DNA from: an uncultured SAR86 cluster bacterium | GTDB lineage: Bacteria > Pseudomonadota > Gammaproteobacteria > Magnimaribacterales > AG-339-G14 | Assembly: GCA_902524805.1 (NCBI GenBank) | Contig: CABZES010000004.1 | Span: 24,878 to 88,877, forward strand | Direction of reading: 5' to 3' | DNA length: 64,000 bases | Shown: piece after piece, positions 19,430 through 31,304 of the stretch | Layout: each line of letters opens with the position of its first letter | Position numbering within the stretch: position 1 is the first letter of the stretch | Made by a program: the position numbers and the translations under genes | Notes under the pieces: generated by a model | Database searches by the model: none | Seen by the model: the letters and a program-made list of their open reading frames with translations, nothing else | Told to the model about the DNA's origin: nothing

Positions 19430-20542
19430 TTGAATACCTTAAATAAAATTTCAAGAAGAAAATCATCTGTAATTAAAGTTGGAAACGTCCCCGTGGGTGG
19501 AGACTCTCCTATTTCAGTTCAAAGTATGACCAATACAAATACAGAAGACATCAAATCAACTGTCAAACAGGTTAAAGAGTTAGAAGAAGTTGGAGCGGAT
19601 ATAGTTAGAATATCTACTCCTTCAGAAGAATCTGTTGTTGCTTTTGGCCAAATAAAAAAATTGGTTGATGTGCCTCTGGTTGCAGATATTCACTTTGATT
19701 ATAAAATTGCTTTGGCAGTAGCTGAGCAAGGAGCTGATTGTTTAAGAATAAATCCTGGCAATATAGGTTCTAAAGAAAAAGTTAGAGAGGTAGTTAATTG
19801 TGCTGAGTCTCATGGAATTCCTATTAGAATAGGAGTTAATGCAGGTTCTTTAGAAAAGAAATTACAAAAAAAATATGGGGAGCCTTGTCCAGAAGCTTTA
19901 GTCGAATCTGCGTTAGCTCATGTAGAGATTCTTCAAAATTTAAATTTTCATAATTTTAAATTAAGCATCAAGGCATCTGATGTCTATATGATGACTGAAA
20001 GTTACAGATTAATCGCTAAGGAAATTAATCAACCTCTTCACTTGGGATTAACTGAGGCAGGGGGTTTAAGATCCGGCACTGTAAAATCGTCTATAGCTAT
20101 TGGAGAGCTTTTGAAAGAAGGGATTGGAGACACCATAAGAGTATCTTTAGCTTCTCATCCAACTGACGAAATTAAAGTAGGATTTGATATTTTAAAATCG
20201 CTAAGTTTGAGAAAAAAAGGGATTAATTTCATCGCTTGTCCAAGTTGCTCAAGACAAAATTTTAATGTGATCGAAACAATGAATGAATTGGAAGTTAGAT
20301 TAGAAGATATTAAAGAATCAATTGATGTTGCTGTAATAGGTTGTTATGTAAACGGTCCTGGAGAATCAAAAGCTGCTCATGTTGGACTTACAGGAGCATC
20401 TCCTAAAAGTTTAATCTATATAGACGGCTCTCCAGATCATAAGATAGATAATACTGATATTGTCGATCATTTAGAAAAAACTGTAAGACAAAAAGTTAGT
20501 GAACTCATTAAAGAAAAAAAGAAAATTATTACTAAAGTATGA
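19430..20542 (+). CDS. ispG: 4-hydroxy-3-methylbut-2-en-1-yl diphosphate synthase
   Basis: [10 protein letters not shown] motif and the Cys ligands in ACPSCSR...GCYVNGPGE; TTG start. Confidence 0.95.
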   Translation: MNTLNKISRRKSSVIKVGNVPVGGDSPISVQSMTNTNTEDIKSTVKQVKELEEVGADIVRISTPSEESVVAFGQIKKLVDVPLVADIHFDYKIALAVAEQGADCLRINPGNIGSKEKVREVVNCAESHGIPIRIGVNAGSLEKKLQKKYGEPCPEALVESALAHVEILQNLNFHNFKLSIKASDVYMMTESYRLIAKEINQPLHLGLTEAGGLRSGTVKSSIAIGELLKEGIGDTIRVSLASHPTDEIKVGFDILKSLSLRKKGINFIACPSCSRQNFNVIETMNELEVRLEDIKESIDVAVIGCYVNGPGESKAAHVGLTGASPKSLIYIDGSPDHKIDNTDIVDHLEKTVRQKVSELIKEKKKIITKV

Positions 20543-21789
20543 GTAAATTTGAAAAAGTAAGAGGCATGCATAATGCATCTCTAGAAGAAGCTTACTTGTG
20601 GAGTCACGTCAGTAAGTTTTCAGAGAGTTTGTTGAAAAGTTTTTCTTATTCTGAGATAAGAATTCCTGTTGTTGAATATACCGATTTATTTAAAAGATCA
20701 GTTGGTAATGAAACAGATATAGTTAATAAGGAAATGTTTACGTTTAAGAGTAAAAGCGACAAGTCACTAACATTAAGACCTGAAGGAACAGCTGGCTGCA
20801 TGCGAGCATCCATAAATCAAGGCTTATTAGATTCTGGACCTCAAAGATTATTTTATTCAGGACCTATGTATAGATATGAGAGACCTCAAAAAGGAAGAAA
20901 CCGAGAATTTTTTCAGCTAAGCGCAGAAATTTATGGAATAGATTCTGTTTATGCAGAAATAGAACTTTTTCAAATCATTGAAAAAATTATAAAGAATTAC
21001 AAAATTGATGATTCGAGATTAGAAATTAATTCTTTAGGTTCAGAGGATGATCAAAGAAAATTTTCTATTGCGCTTCAAGATTATCTTAAGCCATTAAAAA
21101 ATCAATTGGATAAAGACAGTCAAAACAGACTCAGAAAAAATCCTTTAAGAATTTTAGATTCCAAATCAACCGAAACTCAAAAAGTTTTAAGAGATGCTCC
21201 AAAGATAGCTCAATTTAGATCTGATGATTCTAAAAATAAATATGAACTTTTAAAAAATCTGCTCGATGAATTTGAAATTACTTATGAAGAAAATGAAAAT
21301 TTAGTCAGAGGTTTGGATTATTATAATGATTCGGTATTTGAATGGAAATCTGACTCCCTTGGAAGTCAAAACACTTTTTGCGCTGGAGGAAGATACGATA
21401 GTCTTTCAAAAAAACTCGGGGGGAGATCTTCTCCAGCAGTTGGAGTTTCTCTAGGGCTAGATCGCCTGATTATAGCTTGCAAAGATAAATTTTCTATCAC
21501 TCATTCTAAGAAGATTGCTGTAATTATTTTAGATGATAAATTTTTAGCTTATGGTAATAATATTTCTGAAAAAATTAGAGCTTCTTTCCCAGATTTTGAA
21601 GTTAGATATTCTGGATTGGATACTAATCTTAAGACTCAACTTAAAAGAGCTAATAAAAATAATTTTAATTTAGCAATCATTTTAGGAAGAGAAGAAGTAG
21701 AATCAGAAACCTATACAATTAAAGATTTAGATTCTGGTAATAATTATGAAAAGTTATCATTAGAAGATCTAATTTCTTTTTTGAAATAA
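20539..21789 (+). CDS. hisS: histidine--tRNA ligase
   Basis: Class II motifs [17 protein letters not shown] and GGRYD; start overlaps the ispG stop (ATGA). Confidence 0.95.
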   Translation: MSKFEKVRGMHNASLEEAYLWSHVSKFSESLLKSFSYSEIRIPVVEYTDLFKRSVGNETDIVNKEMFTFKSKSDKSLTLRPEGTAGCMRASINQGLLDSGPQRLFYSGPMYRYERPQKGRNREFFQLSAEIYGIDSVYAEIELFQIIEKIIKNYKIDDSRLEINSLGSEDDQRKFSIALQDYLKPLKNQLDKDSQNRLRKNPLRILDSKSTETQKVLRDAPKIAQFRSDDSKNKYELLKNLLDEFEITYEENENLVRGLDYYNDSVFEWKSDSLGSQNTFCAGGRYDSLSKKLGGRSSPAVGVSLGLDRLIIACKDKFSITHSKKIAVIILDDKFLAYGNNISEKIRASFPDFEVRYSGLDTNLKTQLKRANKNNFNLAIILGREEVESETYTIKDLDSGNNYEKLSLEDLISFLK

Positions 21790-21793
21790 TACA

Positions 21794-22435
21794 ATGAATA
21801 ATTTCTTTCAAAATACATATTTGCAATCTGCCCTAGACTGGATAAAAACAAATTACATCAAAATCATTTTAGTTGTTTTTATTTTATCTATTGTTTTTGG
21901 ATGGATTTATTATAGAAATCTTATTCAAGAAGAAAACTCTAAGAAAGCCTCTATTTTATTTGATGAATTTAATTTCATGTTAAACAAAGATGATATTGAT
22001 CTTGAAGCTTTGACTCTTTTAAGAGAAAAAACAAAAGACAAGTATCCCAATCAAATATATTCCATTTTAATGGACTTTGAAATTTCTCAGTTAAATTATA
22101 ATTTAAATAATTTTCAAGAATCTCTTAATATTTTAAGAGCAATAAATCTTGAATTGGAACAAAGAGGTATTGAAGCAAGTTTTTTGAAAGATTTGTCCAG
22201 GTTAAGACTGAGCTTGCTTTTAATTTCAGAAAACGAAATCGATGAAGCGCGTGAAATTCTAAATAAAAATTTTATTTTTTTTGAAGAATTAAAATATGAA
22301 TTTCTTGGAGATGCTGAATTAAAGTCTTCAAATCAAGAAGAAGCAAGAGAAAATTATGAAACTGCTCTTGAACTAACTTTTTCTGAAATTCATAAAGAAC
22401 TCATTAGGATAAAGCTTTCATCAATTAATAATTAA
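21794..22435 (+). CDS. yfgM: YfgM-like membrane-anchored TPR protein
   Basis: N-terminal TM anchor plus a helical-repeat domain; hisS-yfgM-bamB-der synteny. Confidence 0.75.
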   Translation: MNNFFQNTYLQSALDWIKTNYIKIILVVFILSIVFGWIYYRNLIQEENSKKASILFDEFNFMLNKDDIDLEALTLLREKTKDKYPNQIYSILMDFEISQLNYNLNNFQESLNILRAINLELEQRGIEASFLKDLSRLRLSLLLISENEIDEAREILNKNFIFFEELKYEFLGDAELKSSNQEEARENYETALELTFSEIHKELIRIKLSSINN

Positions 22436-22439
22436 AAAA

Positions 22440-23567
22440 ATGAATAAAAAGTTTTTAATATTACTCATCTCTTTTCTTATTATCTCTTGCCAATCAGACA
22501 AAAAAGAAAAGGAAAAACCTATGGAATTAGAAGATTTAAAATCAATAATTCCTATTGAGGAGATATGGTCTAAAAAGGCATTCAGTGATTTTCCAATTGG
22601 CGAAATCAACATAGTTTTTAATCAAGAAAATATTTTTCTTTTTTCTGAAGAGGGAGATGTGTCTGCTTTGAATTTATTAGGAAAAGAAGTCTGGACAAAT
22701 AATTTTGATGAGCAGATTTCATCTGGTTTAGGATATGGATTTGAATCTCTTTTTTTTGCAACTGAAAATGGAAAGATTGTCTCTATAGATGCTGAATCAG
22801 GCAATAAATTATGGGAATCTAATGTTAATGGAGAAGTATTATCAAGCCCTTCTACGAACGGATTAATAGTGGCTGTTCAAACCTCTAACGGAAAAATAAC
22901 TGCTCTTGATTTCAAAGATGGAAGTTTCAAATGGGAATATCAATCGACAGTTTCACCTCTGAGTTTAAGAGGAACAAGTAAACCAGTTTTTGATAAAGGT
23001 TTTATTTTTGTTGGATTTGGAAATGGAAATTTAGTCAAAATTGAATCCAGATCAGGAGTAGTTCAATGGGAAGTGCCTGTAACGGTTTCTCAGGGAGTTT
23101 CTGAAATTGAGAGAATGATAGATATTGATGCAGATCCAGTTATTGCACAAAATGGATTAGCCTATGCGGTTACTTATCAAGGAGATTTATCGGCTATTGA
23201 TATTGAGCAAGGAAGAACCTTGTGGAGAAATCCAACTTCTTCTACCAAAAATATAATTCATACAAAAAACACTACCTTTGTTATTGACTCAAGTGATGCT
23301 GTTAAAAGCTATGATGGAGTAAAGGGAGATATCTTATGGGTTTTAGATGACCTAAAACTAAGGCAGTTAACATCTCCAAAAAAGTATAAAAATTACTTAA
23401 TTTTAGGAGATTATGAGGGCTATCTCCATTTGATTGATTTGAATACCGGTCTAATAGAAGGGCGAACAAGACCCTCTAGACAAGCTGTAAAAGAAGTCTT
23501 TGTACACAAAGATATCTTTTTTTCTTTAGATGACTCGGGAAGAATTTCAGCTTTAAAGTTTAAATGA
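22440..23567 (+). CDS. bamB: outer membrane protein assembly lipoprotein BamB
   Basis: Lipobox IISC and PQQ-like beta-propeller repeats (G..LW); synteny. Confidence 0.9.
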   Translation: MNKKFLILLISFLIISCQSDKKEKEKPMELEDLKSIIPIEEIWSKKAFSDFPIGEINIVFNQENIFLFSEEGDVSALNLLGKEVWTNNFDEQISSGLGYGFESLFFATENGKIVSIDAESGNKLWESNVNGEVLSSPSTNGLIVAVQTSNGKITALDFKDGSFKWEYQSTVSPLSLRGTSKPVFDKGFIFVGFGNGNLVKIESRSGVVQWEVPVTVSQGVSEIERMIDIDADPVIAQNGLAYAVTYQGDLSAIDIEQGRTLWRNPTSSTKNIIHTKNTTFVIDSSDAVKSYDGVKGDILWVLDDLKLRQLTSPKKYKNYLILGDYEGYLHLIDLNTGLIEGRTRPSRQAVKEVFVHKDIFFSLDDSGRISALKFK

Positions 23568-23582
23568 CTATAGACTTAATTT

Positions 23583-24959
23583 ATGGGCCCTTTAATAGCT
23601 ATCGTAGGAAGACCTAATGTAGGTAAATCATCTCTTTTCAATAAGTTAATTGGCGAAAACATAGCCCTTATTGCAGACTTTCCAGGTATAACAAGAGATA
23701 GAAATTATGCTGGATGTAAAATTAATGATTCTGAATACGTGCTCATTGACACTGGAGGCATAACAGATGGTTCGTCTGAATTCGATAAACTAATTTTAAA
23801 AGAAACTCAAAAGGCTATTTCTGATGCAGATGGGTTAATTTTCTTGACTGATGCTTCTTCTTCAGTTCACCAGTTAGATTTTAAAATTAATGAAATCTTA
23901 AGGAAATCAAATAAAAACTACGTTCTTGCTGTCAACAAATCAGAAACTAAGGAATCTAAAAATAATATTTCTGAATTTTACTCGCTAGGGGTTAAGAAAA
24001 CGTTTGAAATTTCTGCAAAAAATGGGCTAGGTATGAAAAATTTTAAAGATTCCCTGAACAAAGTATTTCCATCTTATACTAAAGATTCTTTTAAAGAAAA
24101 GGCTGAAAATCAAATAGGTATATTAGGGAAGCCTAACGCAGGGAAATCTACTTATTTCAATGCAATTTTGAAGGATAAAAGAGCAATTGTTTCAAGTACT
24201 CCTGGAACAACAAGAGACTCAATTTCAGAATCACTCTGTTTTAAAGGAAATGATCTTAAGATCACGGACACAGCAGGATTGAGAAAAAAATCAAAAGTAA
24301 ATGACTTAATAGAGAAATCTTCAGTTCACCAAGCTATTAAATCAATGAGATTATCTGAAGGAGTAATTTATCTGATAGATGGGAAAGAATCTGTTTCTGA
24401 TCAAGATTTGCACCTAATCTCTTTGTCAATTTCTTCAGGAAAACCAATAGTTATTGGTATTAATAAATCTGAAACTTTAGATAAGTATGAAAAAACAATA
24501 ATTAGAAAAGATTTAAATCGTAAATTATCATTCGCTAAAGATTTAGACATTAAATATATTTCAGCAAAAAACAAAAATGGAACAACGATTTTATTACTTA
24601 ATCTTTTAAAATTAATCAAGAAAAGTAAAGAAAAATTAAATGCTAAAACAGTAAATAAAGTTTTTTTAGATGCTTATGAGGCGAACCCACCTGCAATGGA
24701 TGGCAGATTTAGGCCTAAAATAAAATTTGTCAAAACTTTAGACATTCAGCCACCTACTTTTATAATTCATGGCAACAAAATAAATTCTCTTAGTAAACAA
24801 TATTTAAAATATCTAGAAAACTACATTAAAAAACCCTTACAACTTAAGGGTATACCTATAAAATTAGTTTTAAAAACAGCTGAAAACCCTTACAAAACAA
24901 GGAAAAATAAACTTACAAAACGTCAATTAGACAAAAGAAAGCGCATTAGAGGGCGTTAA
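23583..24959 (+). CDS. der: ribosome biogenesis GTPase Der (EngA)
   Basis: Two tandem G domains (GRPNVGKSS and GKPNAGKST) plus a KH-like basic C-terminus. Confidence 0.95.
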   Translation: MGPLIAIVGRPNVGKSSLFNKLIGENIALIADFPGITRDRNYAGCKINDSEYVLIDTGGITDGSSEFDKLILKETQKAISDADGLIFLTDASSSVHQLDFKINEILRKSNKNYVLAVNKSETKESKNNISEFYSLGVKKTFEISAKNGLGMKNFKDSLNKVFPSYTKDSFKEKAENQIGILGKPNAGKSTYFNAILKDKRAIVSSTPGTTRDSISESLCFKGNDLKITDTAGLRKKSKVNDLIEKSSVHQAIKSMRLSEGVIYLIDGKESVSDQDLHLISLSISSGKPIVIGINKSETLDKYEKTIIRKDLNRKLSFAKDLDIKYISAKNKNGTTILLLNLLKLIKKSKEKLNAKTVNKVFLDAYEANPPAMDGRFRPKIKFVKTLDIQPPTFIIHGNKINSLSKQYLKYLENYIKKPLQLKGIPIKLVLKTAENPYKTRKNKLTKRQLDKRKRIRGR

Positions 24960-25001
24960 AGAAACTTTTTAATTTATAATAGATAAAATCTCCAAAATAA
25001 A

Positions 25002-25373
25002 ATGTCTAAACCTCCAATATTTCTAAACCTTTTAAAGATCCAACTTCCAATTGCAGGATTTTCATCAATCTTGCACAGGATATCAGCTGTCGGAATTTTT
25101 GTTCTTCTTTTGCCTTTTAGTATAGTTTTAGTTCTAGCTTCTAATTCTGAGGAAGGATTCTCAACTGTTTCTTATCTTTTAAGTTTAAATTCAATAAAGA
25201 TCTTACTAGTTTTGCTTTTAACGGGGCTTACTTATCATTATATTTCTGGAATTAGGCACTTAGTTATGGATTTTGGATATTGGCAAACTCTTAATGCCGG
25301 TAAAATCTCTGCAATTTTAACTATTTTTCTTAGTGGATTAATAAGTCTAATGCTCTTGGTGGTTGTGTGGTAA
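25002..25373 (+). CDS. sdhC: succinate dehydrogenase cytochrome b556 subunit
   Basis: 3 TM segments, HR(I/L)S motif, first gene of sdhCDAB. Confidence 0.9.
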   Translation: MSKPPIFLNLLKIQLPIAGFSSILHRISAVGIFVLLLPFSIVLVLASNSEEGFSTVSYLLSLNSIKILLVLLLTGLTYHYISGIRHLVMDFGYWQTLNAGKISAILTIFLSGLISLMLLVVVW

Positions 25374-25729
25374 CAAAACTTTATACTTTAAAGAGAACAG
25401 GTATTTTAGATTACGTACTTGTAAGGGTTTCTGCTATATATCAAGCCCTATATTTTTCAGTTATAACCTTCTATTGGTTGTTGCATTATCCCCTTAATTT
25501 CACGCAACTTAACGGGTTTTTTGATATTCTTTCAATAAAGATAAGTACAGTATTGGTTGCTATTTCCATTTCTTATCATTCTCTACAAGGTATTCATCAT
25601 ATTGAAACCGACTACCTCACAGAGCCTAGAATTGGAAAAATAGCTCTTCCAGCGAGAAGAATTTTAACGATTTATAGTTATATTCAAGTTGCTGGAATCC
25701 TTTTATGTAGTTTTCTTTTAATAACATAG
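25367..25729 (+). CDS. sdhD: succinate dehydrogenase membrane anchor subunit
   Basis: 3 TM segments, GTG start overlapping sdhC, lies before sdhA. Confidence 0.85.
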   Translation: MVTKLYTLKRTGILDYVLVRVSAIYQALYFSVITFYWLLHYPLNFTQLNGFFDILSIKISTVLVAISISYHSLQGIHHIETDYLTEPRIGKIALPARRILTIYSYIQVAGILLCSFLLIT

Positions 25730-25738
25730 AGAAAAATT

Positions 25739-27544
25739 ATGGCAATGAATGGTAACGGAAAAGCTTTGGATGCAAACTCACTTCCTGTAAAAGAGTACGA
25801 TGGCATTATTATTGGTGGCGGGGGATCTGGTCTTATGTCTTCCCTTCAATTAGCTCAGTCAGGAATGAACACAGCAGTTATTTCAAAAGTTTTTCCTACT
25901 AGATCTCACACAGTTTCTGCTCAAGGAGGCATCACATGTGCTATAGCTAGTGCTGACCCAAATGATGATTGGCGTTGGCATATGTACGACACTGTAAAGG
26001 GGTCAGATTTTATTGGCGACCAAGATTCTATTGAATATATGTGTCAAGAAGGCCCAGCAACTGTCTTTGAGCTGGAAAATATGGGATTGCCATTTTCAAG
26101 AACTGAAGAAGGAAAAATCTATCAAAGAGCATTTGGAGGACAATCTAAAGATTATGGTAAAGGAGGCCAAGCTGAAAGAACTTGCGCTGCTGCTGACAGA
26201 ACGGGGCATGCACTTTTGCACACTCTTTATCAGGCAAATGTTAAAGCTGGAACTAATTTTTTAAGTGAATGGTTTGCAGTTGACCTAGTTTTAAATAGTG
26301 AGAATCAAGCAACTGGAGTAATCGCTTTTGAAATTGAGTCAGGCGAGGCTTATTTTTTAAAAGCGAAGGCTACTGTATTAGCAACTGGTGGAGCAGGTAG
26401 GATCTACAAATCTACCACTAATGCTCTTATTAATACCGGAGATGGAACTGGAATGGCTTTGAGAGCTGGCCTAGCAGTACAGGACATGGAAATGTGGCAA
26501 TTTCATCCAACTGGAATTCATGGTGCAGGTACTTTAGTAACAGAAGGCTGTAGGGGTGAAGGTGGATATTTAATTAATAAAGATGGAGAAAGATTCATGG
26601 AGCGTTATGCTCCTAACGCTAAAGATTTAGCAAGTAGGGATGTCGTAGCAAGGTCAATGATGCTTGAAATCATTGAAGGGCGTGGCTGCGGACCAGAAGC
26701 TGACCATTGTTTTTTAAAATTAGACCACTTGGGAGCAGATCTACTTCACAAAAGACTTCCTGGCATAACTGAATTGTCGAAAACATTTGCTGGAATTGAT
26801 CCAGCAGAACATCCAATCCCTGTTGTTCCGACTTGTCACTATGCTATGGGCGGAATACCAACCAATGTTAATGGTCAAGTTATAACTCAAAAAGCAGATG
26901 GATCTGATTCTTTAGTTGAAGGTTTATATGCGGCAGGTGAGGCTGCTTGTGTTTCTGTGCATGGCGGAAATAGGTTAGGAGGAAATTCTCTTCTTGATCT
27001 AGTAGTTTTTGGAAGATCTGCTGGGCTTCACATTGAAGAATCTTTTAAACAAGGAATAGATATTAAAGACCCTTCGAAAGAAGATATTAATAAAGCTTTG
27101 AGAAATATAAATAGAGTAAATATCAGCTCAGATGGTGAAAATGCTTCGGTTATCAAAAAAGATTTGCAGGAAATTATGCAAACTAGCTTTGGTGTATTCA
27201 GAAGAGAAGACAACATGGAAAGCGGTATTAAAGTTATAGAAGAAATAAGAGCTAGAGCTGAAAGCCTACATTTAGCAGATAAATCTTCTAGATTTAATAC
27301 TGCCAGAATTGAAGCCCTAGAGCTGTTAAATTTACTTGAGGTTGCTGAGGCAACTGCCATCAGCGCAAATGAAAGAAAAGAAAGCAGGGGCGCTCATTCA
27401 AGAGATGACTTTCCTGATAGAGATGATGAAAATTGGTTGAAACATTCAATCTATTTCAAAGGTAATAAAGAAATATCAAAAAGAGACGTAAATTTTAGAC
27501 CTAAGATAGTTCAAGCTTTTCAACCCTTTGCTAGGACTTACTAA
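25739..27544 (+). CDS. sdhA: succinate dehydrogenase flavoprotein subunit
   Basis: GGGGSGL dinucleotide fold, the covalent-FAD His in [10 protein letters not shown], and the HPTG and RLGGNSLLD motifs. Confidence 0.97.
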   Translation: MAMNGNGKALDANSLPVKEYDGIIIGGGGSGLMSSLQLAQSGMNTAVISKVFPTRSHTVSAQGGITCAIASADPNDDWRWHMYDTVKGSDFIGDQDSIEYMCQEGPATVFELENMGLPFSRTEEGKIYQRAFGGQSKDYGKGGQAERTCAAADRTGHALLHTLYQANVKAGTNFLSEWFAVDLVLNSENQATGVIAFEIESGEAYFLKAKATVLATGGAGRIYKSTTNALINTGDGTGMALRAGLAVQDMEMWQFHPTGIHGAGTLVTEGCRGEGGYLINKDGERFMERYAPNAKDLASRDVVARSMMLEIIEGRGCGPEADHCFLKLDHLGADLLHKRLPGITELSKTFAGIDPAEHPIPVVPTCHYAMGGIPTNVNGQVITQKADGSDSLVEGLYAAGEAACVSVHGGNRLGGNSLLDLVVFGRSAGLHIEESFKQGIDIKDPSKEDINKALRNINRVNISSDGENASVIKKDLQEIMQTSFGVFRREDNMESGIKVIEEIRARAESLHLADKSSRFNTARIEALELLNLLEVAEATAISANERKESRGAHSRDDFPDRDDENWLKHSIYFKGNKEISKRDVNFRPKIVQAFQPFARTY

Positions 27545-28281
27545 TGAACTCTATAGCTACAGAACAAATTTCAACTCTTAAAATTAGTATCTATAGATAT
27601 GATCCTGACACAGGAAATAAGCCTTTTATGCAAGAAATGGATATCGACATACCCAGCGACAAAGACATTATGGTCTTAGATGCATTGCACTTAGCTAAAG
27701 AACAAGACCCATCGATATCATTTAGACGATCTTGTAGAGAAGGTGTTTGTGGTTCGGACGGGATGAATATTAATGGAAAAAATGGATTAGGTTGTATCAC
27801 ACCCTTATCTGAAGTGGTGAAAAAGAATAAATTAGAAATAAGGCCTTTACCAGGTTTGCCTGTAGTAAAAGATTTAATAGTCGATATGACTCAATTTGTA
27901 GATCAATATAAAAAAATTAGACCTTATTTAATTTCAGATAAGGAAGATAATGGAAAAGAAATCCCTCAAACGGTCGAAGATAGAGATAAACTAGATGGTT
28001 TATATGAGTGTATTTTATGCGGGTGCTGTTCCACAGCATGCCCATCTTTTTGGTGGAACCCTGATAAATTTTTAGGACCAGCAGCTCTTTTACAAGCTTA
28101 TAGATTTATCTCTGACAGTAGAGATACTGCAAGAGAGGAAAGGCTAGATCAGCTTGAAGATGCTTTTAGTGTTTTCAGATGTCATGGCATTATGAATTGC
28201 GTTTCAGTCTGCCCTAAAGGTTTGAATCCAACTAAAGCTATTAACGAAATAAAAAAAATGTTGGTGAAAAGAGCTTTATAA
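27544..28281 (+). CDS. sdhB: succinate dehydrogenase iron-sulfur subunit
   Basis: Three Cys clusters: CREGVCGSDG, CILCGCCSTACP and CHGIMNCVSVCP. Confidence 0.97.
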   Translation: MNSIATEQISTLKISIYRYDPDTGNKPFMQEMDIDIPSDKDIMVLDALHLAKEQDPSISFRRSCREGVCGSDGMNINGKNGLGCITPLSEVVKKNKLEIRPLPGLPVVKDLIVDMTQFVDQYKKIRPYLISDKEDNGKEIPQTVEDRDKLDGLYECILCGCCSTACPSFWWNPDKFLGPAALLQAYRFISDSRDTAREERLDQLEDAFSVFRCHGIMNCVSVCPKGLNPTKAINEIKKMLVKRAL

Positions 28282-28291
28282 TAAAGGCACT

Positions 28292-29452
28292 TTGAACTTA
28301 CACGAACATCAAGCAAAAACTCTTTTTAAATCATACAGCCTTCCAACTTCCAACTTTTTTGTAGCTGAAAAATATGAACAGGCAAAAGAACTAGCAAGAA
28401 AACTAAACGTATCAAAATGGGTAGTGAAAGCTCAAGTTCATGCTGGTGGTAGAGGAAAAGCGGGAGGTGTTGAAATTGTTGATAATCTTGATGATGTAGA
28501 AGCTTTTGCAAAAAAATGGTTGGGTAAAAATTTAATCACCTACCAAACTGATAAAGAGGGCCAACCTGTATCAAGTATTTTGATAGAGGAATGCACTGAG
28601 ATATTGTCAGAATTTTATTTAGGAGTTGTCGTTGATAGATCATCAAAATCAATTGTAGTTATGGCTTCTCCACAAGGAGGAGTAAACATTGAAGAAGTTG
28701 CAGAAAAAACTCCTGAAAATATTTACAAAGCTTCCGTAAAAATTGACCAAGGACCTTCCAAAGATGATGCACTTAGTTTAGCCAAGGGCCTTAATCTTAA
28801 TAAAAACCAAACAGAACAATTCATAAAAATTTTCAAGAACTTAACTAAATTATTTATTGAAAAGGATTTAGCTTTAGTTGAAATAAATCCTTTGGTTATC
28901 GACGAGAATCAAAATTTAAAGTGCTTAGACGGAAAGATAAGTGTTGATAGTAATGCTTTATTTAGACAAGAAGATATGAAGAGTCTTAGAGACACATCTC
29001 AAGAAGAACTAAGGGAGCTTAAAGCTTCCGAATGGGATTTAAATTATGTGTCTCTTGATGGAGAAATAGGATGCATGGTAAATGGAGCAGGACTGGCAAT
29101 GGCGACTATGGACATTATAGAGATATCTGGAGGTTTTCCTGCTAATTTTTTGGATGTAGGAGGAGGAGTAAATCAAAAAAGTGTCGCTGAAGCTTTTAAG
29201 ATCATTTTGTCAGACGATAATGTAAAAGTAATTTTAATAAACATCTTTGGCGGAATAGTGAAATGCGATGTAGTAGCTGAAGGTATTATTTCTGCCGTCA
29301 AAGAAGTTGGCGTCAACATACCGATTGTCGTCAGATTAAAAGGAAATAATGCTGACGTTGCTCAAAGCATGTTAACAGATAGTGAATTGAATATCGTTTT
29401 TGATTCTGATTTATCTAATGCAGCTGAAAAAGCCGTAGAACTTTCCAGATGA
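28292..29452 (+). CDS. sucC: succinyl-CoA synthetase beta subunit
   Basis: [10 protein letters not shown]-terminus (TTG start) and ATP-grasp domain. Confidence 0.96.
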   Translation: MNLHEHQAKTLFKSYSLPTSNFFVAEKYEQAKELARKLNVSKWVVKAQVHAGGRGKAGGVEIVDNLDDVEAFAKKWLGKNLITYQTDKEGQPVSSILIEECTEILSEFYLGVVVDRSSKSIVVMASPQGGVNIEEVAEKTPENIYKASVKIDQGPSKDDALSLAKGLNLNKNQTEQFIKIFKNLTKLFIEKDLALVEINPLVIDENQNLKCLDGKISVDSNALFRQEDMKSLRDTSQEELRELKASEWDLNYVSLDGEIGCMVNGAGLAMATMDIIEISGGFPANFLDVGGGVNQKSVAEAFKIILSDDNVKVILINIFGGIVKCDVVAEGIISAVKEVGVNIPIVVRLKGNNADVAQSMLTDSELNIVFDSDLSNAAEKAVELSR

Positions 29453-30321
29453 GTATTTTAATTAATGATAATACTATTGCAATTTGTCAGGGCTTTACAG
29501 GCTCTCAAGCGACGATGCATTGCGAACAAGCTATTAATTATGGAACTAATATAGTTGGAGGAGTAACACCAGGCAAATCTGGGGAAAATCATTTGGATAG
29601 ACCAGTATTTGGTTCTGTAGAGGAAGCTATAGAAGTTACTAATGCAAACACTACTATTATTTTTGTACCTGCTAGGTTTTGTAAAGATTCAATTAACGAA
29701 GCATTAGATGCTGGAATAAAACTAATAATTGTTATCACAGAGGGAATACCCACTCTGGACATGCTTAGTTTAAAAACTAAAGCTGACATGTTAGAAGCTG
29801 TGATTATAGGACCAAATTGCCCAGGTCTAATTACACCTGGCTCATGCAAATTGGGCATTATGCCTGCAGATATACATATGAAAGGAAAAATTGGAATAGT
29901 TTCTAGATCAGGAACATTGACTTATGAAGCCGTCGATCAAACTACTAAAATTGGTTTAGGCCAAAGTAGTTGTGTTGGAATAGGAGGTGATCCTATACCG
30001 GGTTCGAGTTTTATTGATATTTTAAAATTATTTGAGTCAGATGCTGAAACAGAAGGAATAGTTATGGTTGGTGAAATAGGTGGTAGCGCTGAAGAAGAAG
30101 CTGCGGCATATATAAAGGAAAATGTTACCAAACCAGTAGTCGCTTATATCGCTGGAGTCAGTGCTCCAGCTGGAAAAAGAATGGGTCATGCAGGAGCTAT
30201 TATTTCAGGTGGAAAAGGAACAGCAAAAGAAAAATACTTGGCTTTAGAAGATGCAGGAGTAACAACAGTTAAAAGCCCAGCGCTTATAGGAGTATCTATC
30301 TTAGATTTATTAAATTCTTGA
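29449..30321 (+). CDS. sucD: succinyl-CoA synthetase alpha subunit
   Basis: SRSGTLTYE motif and the phospho-His motif GHAGAI. Confidence 0.96.
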   Translation: MSILINDNTIAICQGFTGSQATMHCEQAINYGTNIVGGVTPGKSGENHLDRPVFGSVEEAIEVTNANTTIIFVPARFCKDSINEALDAGIKLIIVITEGIPTLDMLSLKTKADMLEAVIIGPNCPGLITPGSCKLGIMPADIHMKGKIGIVSRSGTLTYEAVDQTTKIGLGQSSCVGIGGDPIPGSSFIDILKLFESDAETEGIVMVGEIGGSAEEEAAAYIKENVTKPVVAYIAGVSAPAGKRMGHAGAIISGGKGTAKEKYLALEDAGVTTVKSPALIGVSILDLLNS

Positions 30322-31225
30322 AACTAAAAAAGCCTGCAAAATCCTTAAAAATTCTATCTTTTAGAAATTTTGATTTACTAAATTTTATTGGACCTCTATT
30401 TCTCAAAGACAATTCAGATTCTATTACGTTAGGTCTTACTTGAGGGAATAAAGGCCCAGATAAAAAATCTCCATTTTTAAGATTGTGACTAGCTGTAATT
30501 GGTTTTGTTTTGATCCTATCTTCAAATACTGTTTTATCGTCACACCATCTACTGGTGAAGGCTCTTCTCGGCTTGTCCAAACTTAGATTGCTCGATGATC
30601 CATGAACAATATGTGCATTAAATATCAAAGCATCTCCTGGTTGCATTTCAGGCGAAAAAAATTCATGTGACGATCTTAGAGAGTCGATGTCGGGTAAATC
30701 TTCATGACTTTTGTTTACCAGCGCTTCGCTTCCGGGCGCATAAGACTTCCAGTAATTATCCCAAAGATGGGAACCTTTAATAAATTCTAAGCCACTCGTT
30801 TCTTTGGTTACTTGGTCGAGAGTAATCCAAATAGAACAAATATTATTCTTTTTAAGATCTACCGGCCAAAAGGTAATGTCGTGATGCCAGGGCGTTGCCA
30901 AATGACATCCAGCAGGCTTGACGAAAGTTTGATCATAAAAATGTCTTACTACTTGAGAATTTAAAACTTGCTCGGCATATTCTGAACACGGAGAATTTAA
31001 AAAAAAATTATAGAAGACATCTTGTTTGTACCAAAGATCAATATCTCCAGAAAATCCTCCATTATCTTTTCCACTGATAATTTTTCCAGTTAAAGATTTG
31101 TGTTTAATAGACTCTTCAATTCCATCAGCTAATTTATCAAGCCAGAGATTGGAAATTGCATTTTTAACGAAGACAACTCCATCTCTTTTATAAGAATTTA
31201 ATTGATCTTCCGATAGTTTATTCAT
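30296..31225 (-). CDS. phytanoyl-CoA dioxygenase (PhyH) family Fe(II)/2-oxoglutarate oxygenase
   Basis: PhyH-like layout with WHHD (HxD) and a distal His in NAHIVHGS. Confidence 0.8.
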   Translation of the reverse strand: MNKLSEDQLNSYKRDGVVFVKNAISNLWLDKLADGIEESIKHKSLTGKIISGKDNGGFSGDIDLWYKQDVFYNFFLNSPCSEYAEQVLNSQVVRHFYDQTFVKPAGCHLATPWHHDITFWPVDLKKNNICSIWITLDQVTKETSGLEFIKGSHLWDNYWKSYAPGSEALVNKSHEDLPDIDSLRSSHEFFSPEMQPGDALIFNAHIVHGSSSNLSLDKPRRAFTSRWCDDKTVFEDRIKTKPITASHNLKNGDFLSGPLFPQVRPNVIESELSLRNRGPIKFSKSKFLKDRIFKDFAGFFSFKNLINLR

Positions 31226-31304
31226 TTGCGAACTATGTAACGAATTTTAAGTATACTCTAAAAGTCATCCAAAAATTTTTAAAAAATATACTAAAATTTA
31301 ACCA

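Noticed and set aside
26013-26264. 83-aa plus-strand ORF in an alternative frame inside sdhA.
   Set aside because: It is embedded in the highly conserved SdhA coding frame and has no independent signal, so I treat it as a chance open frame.
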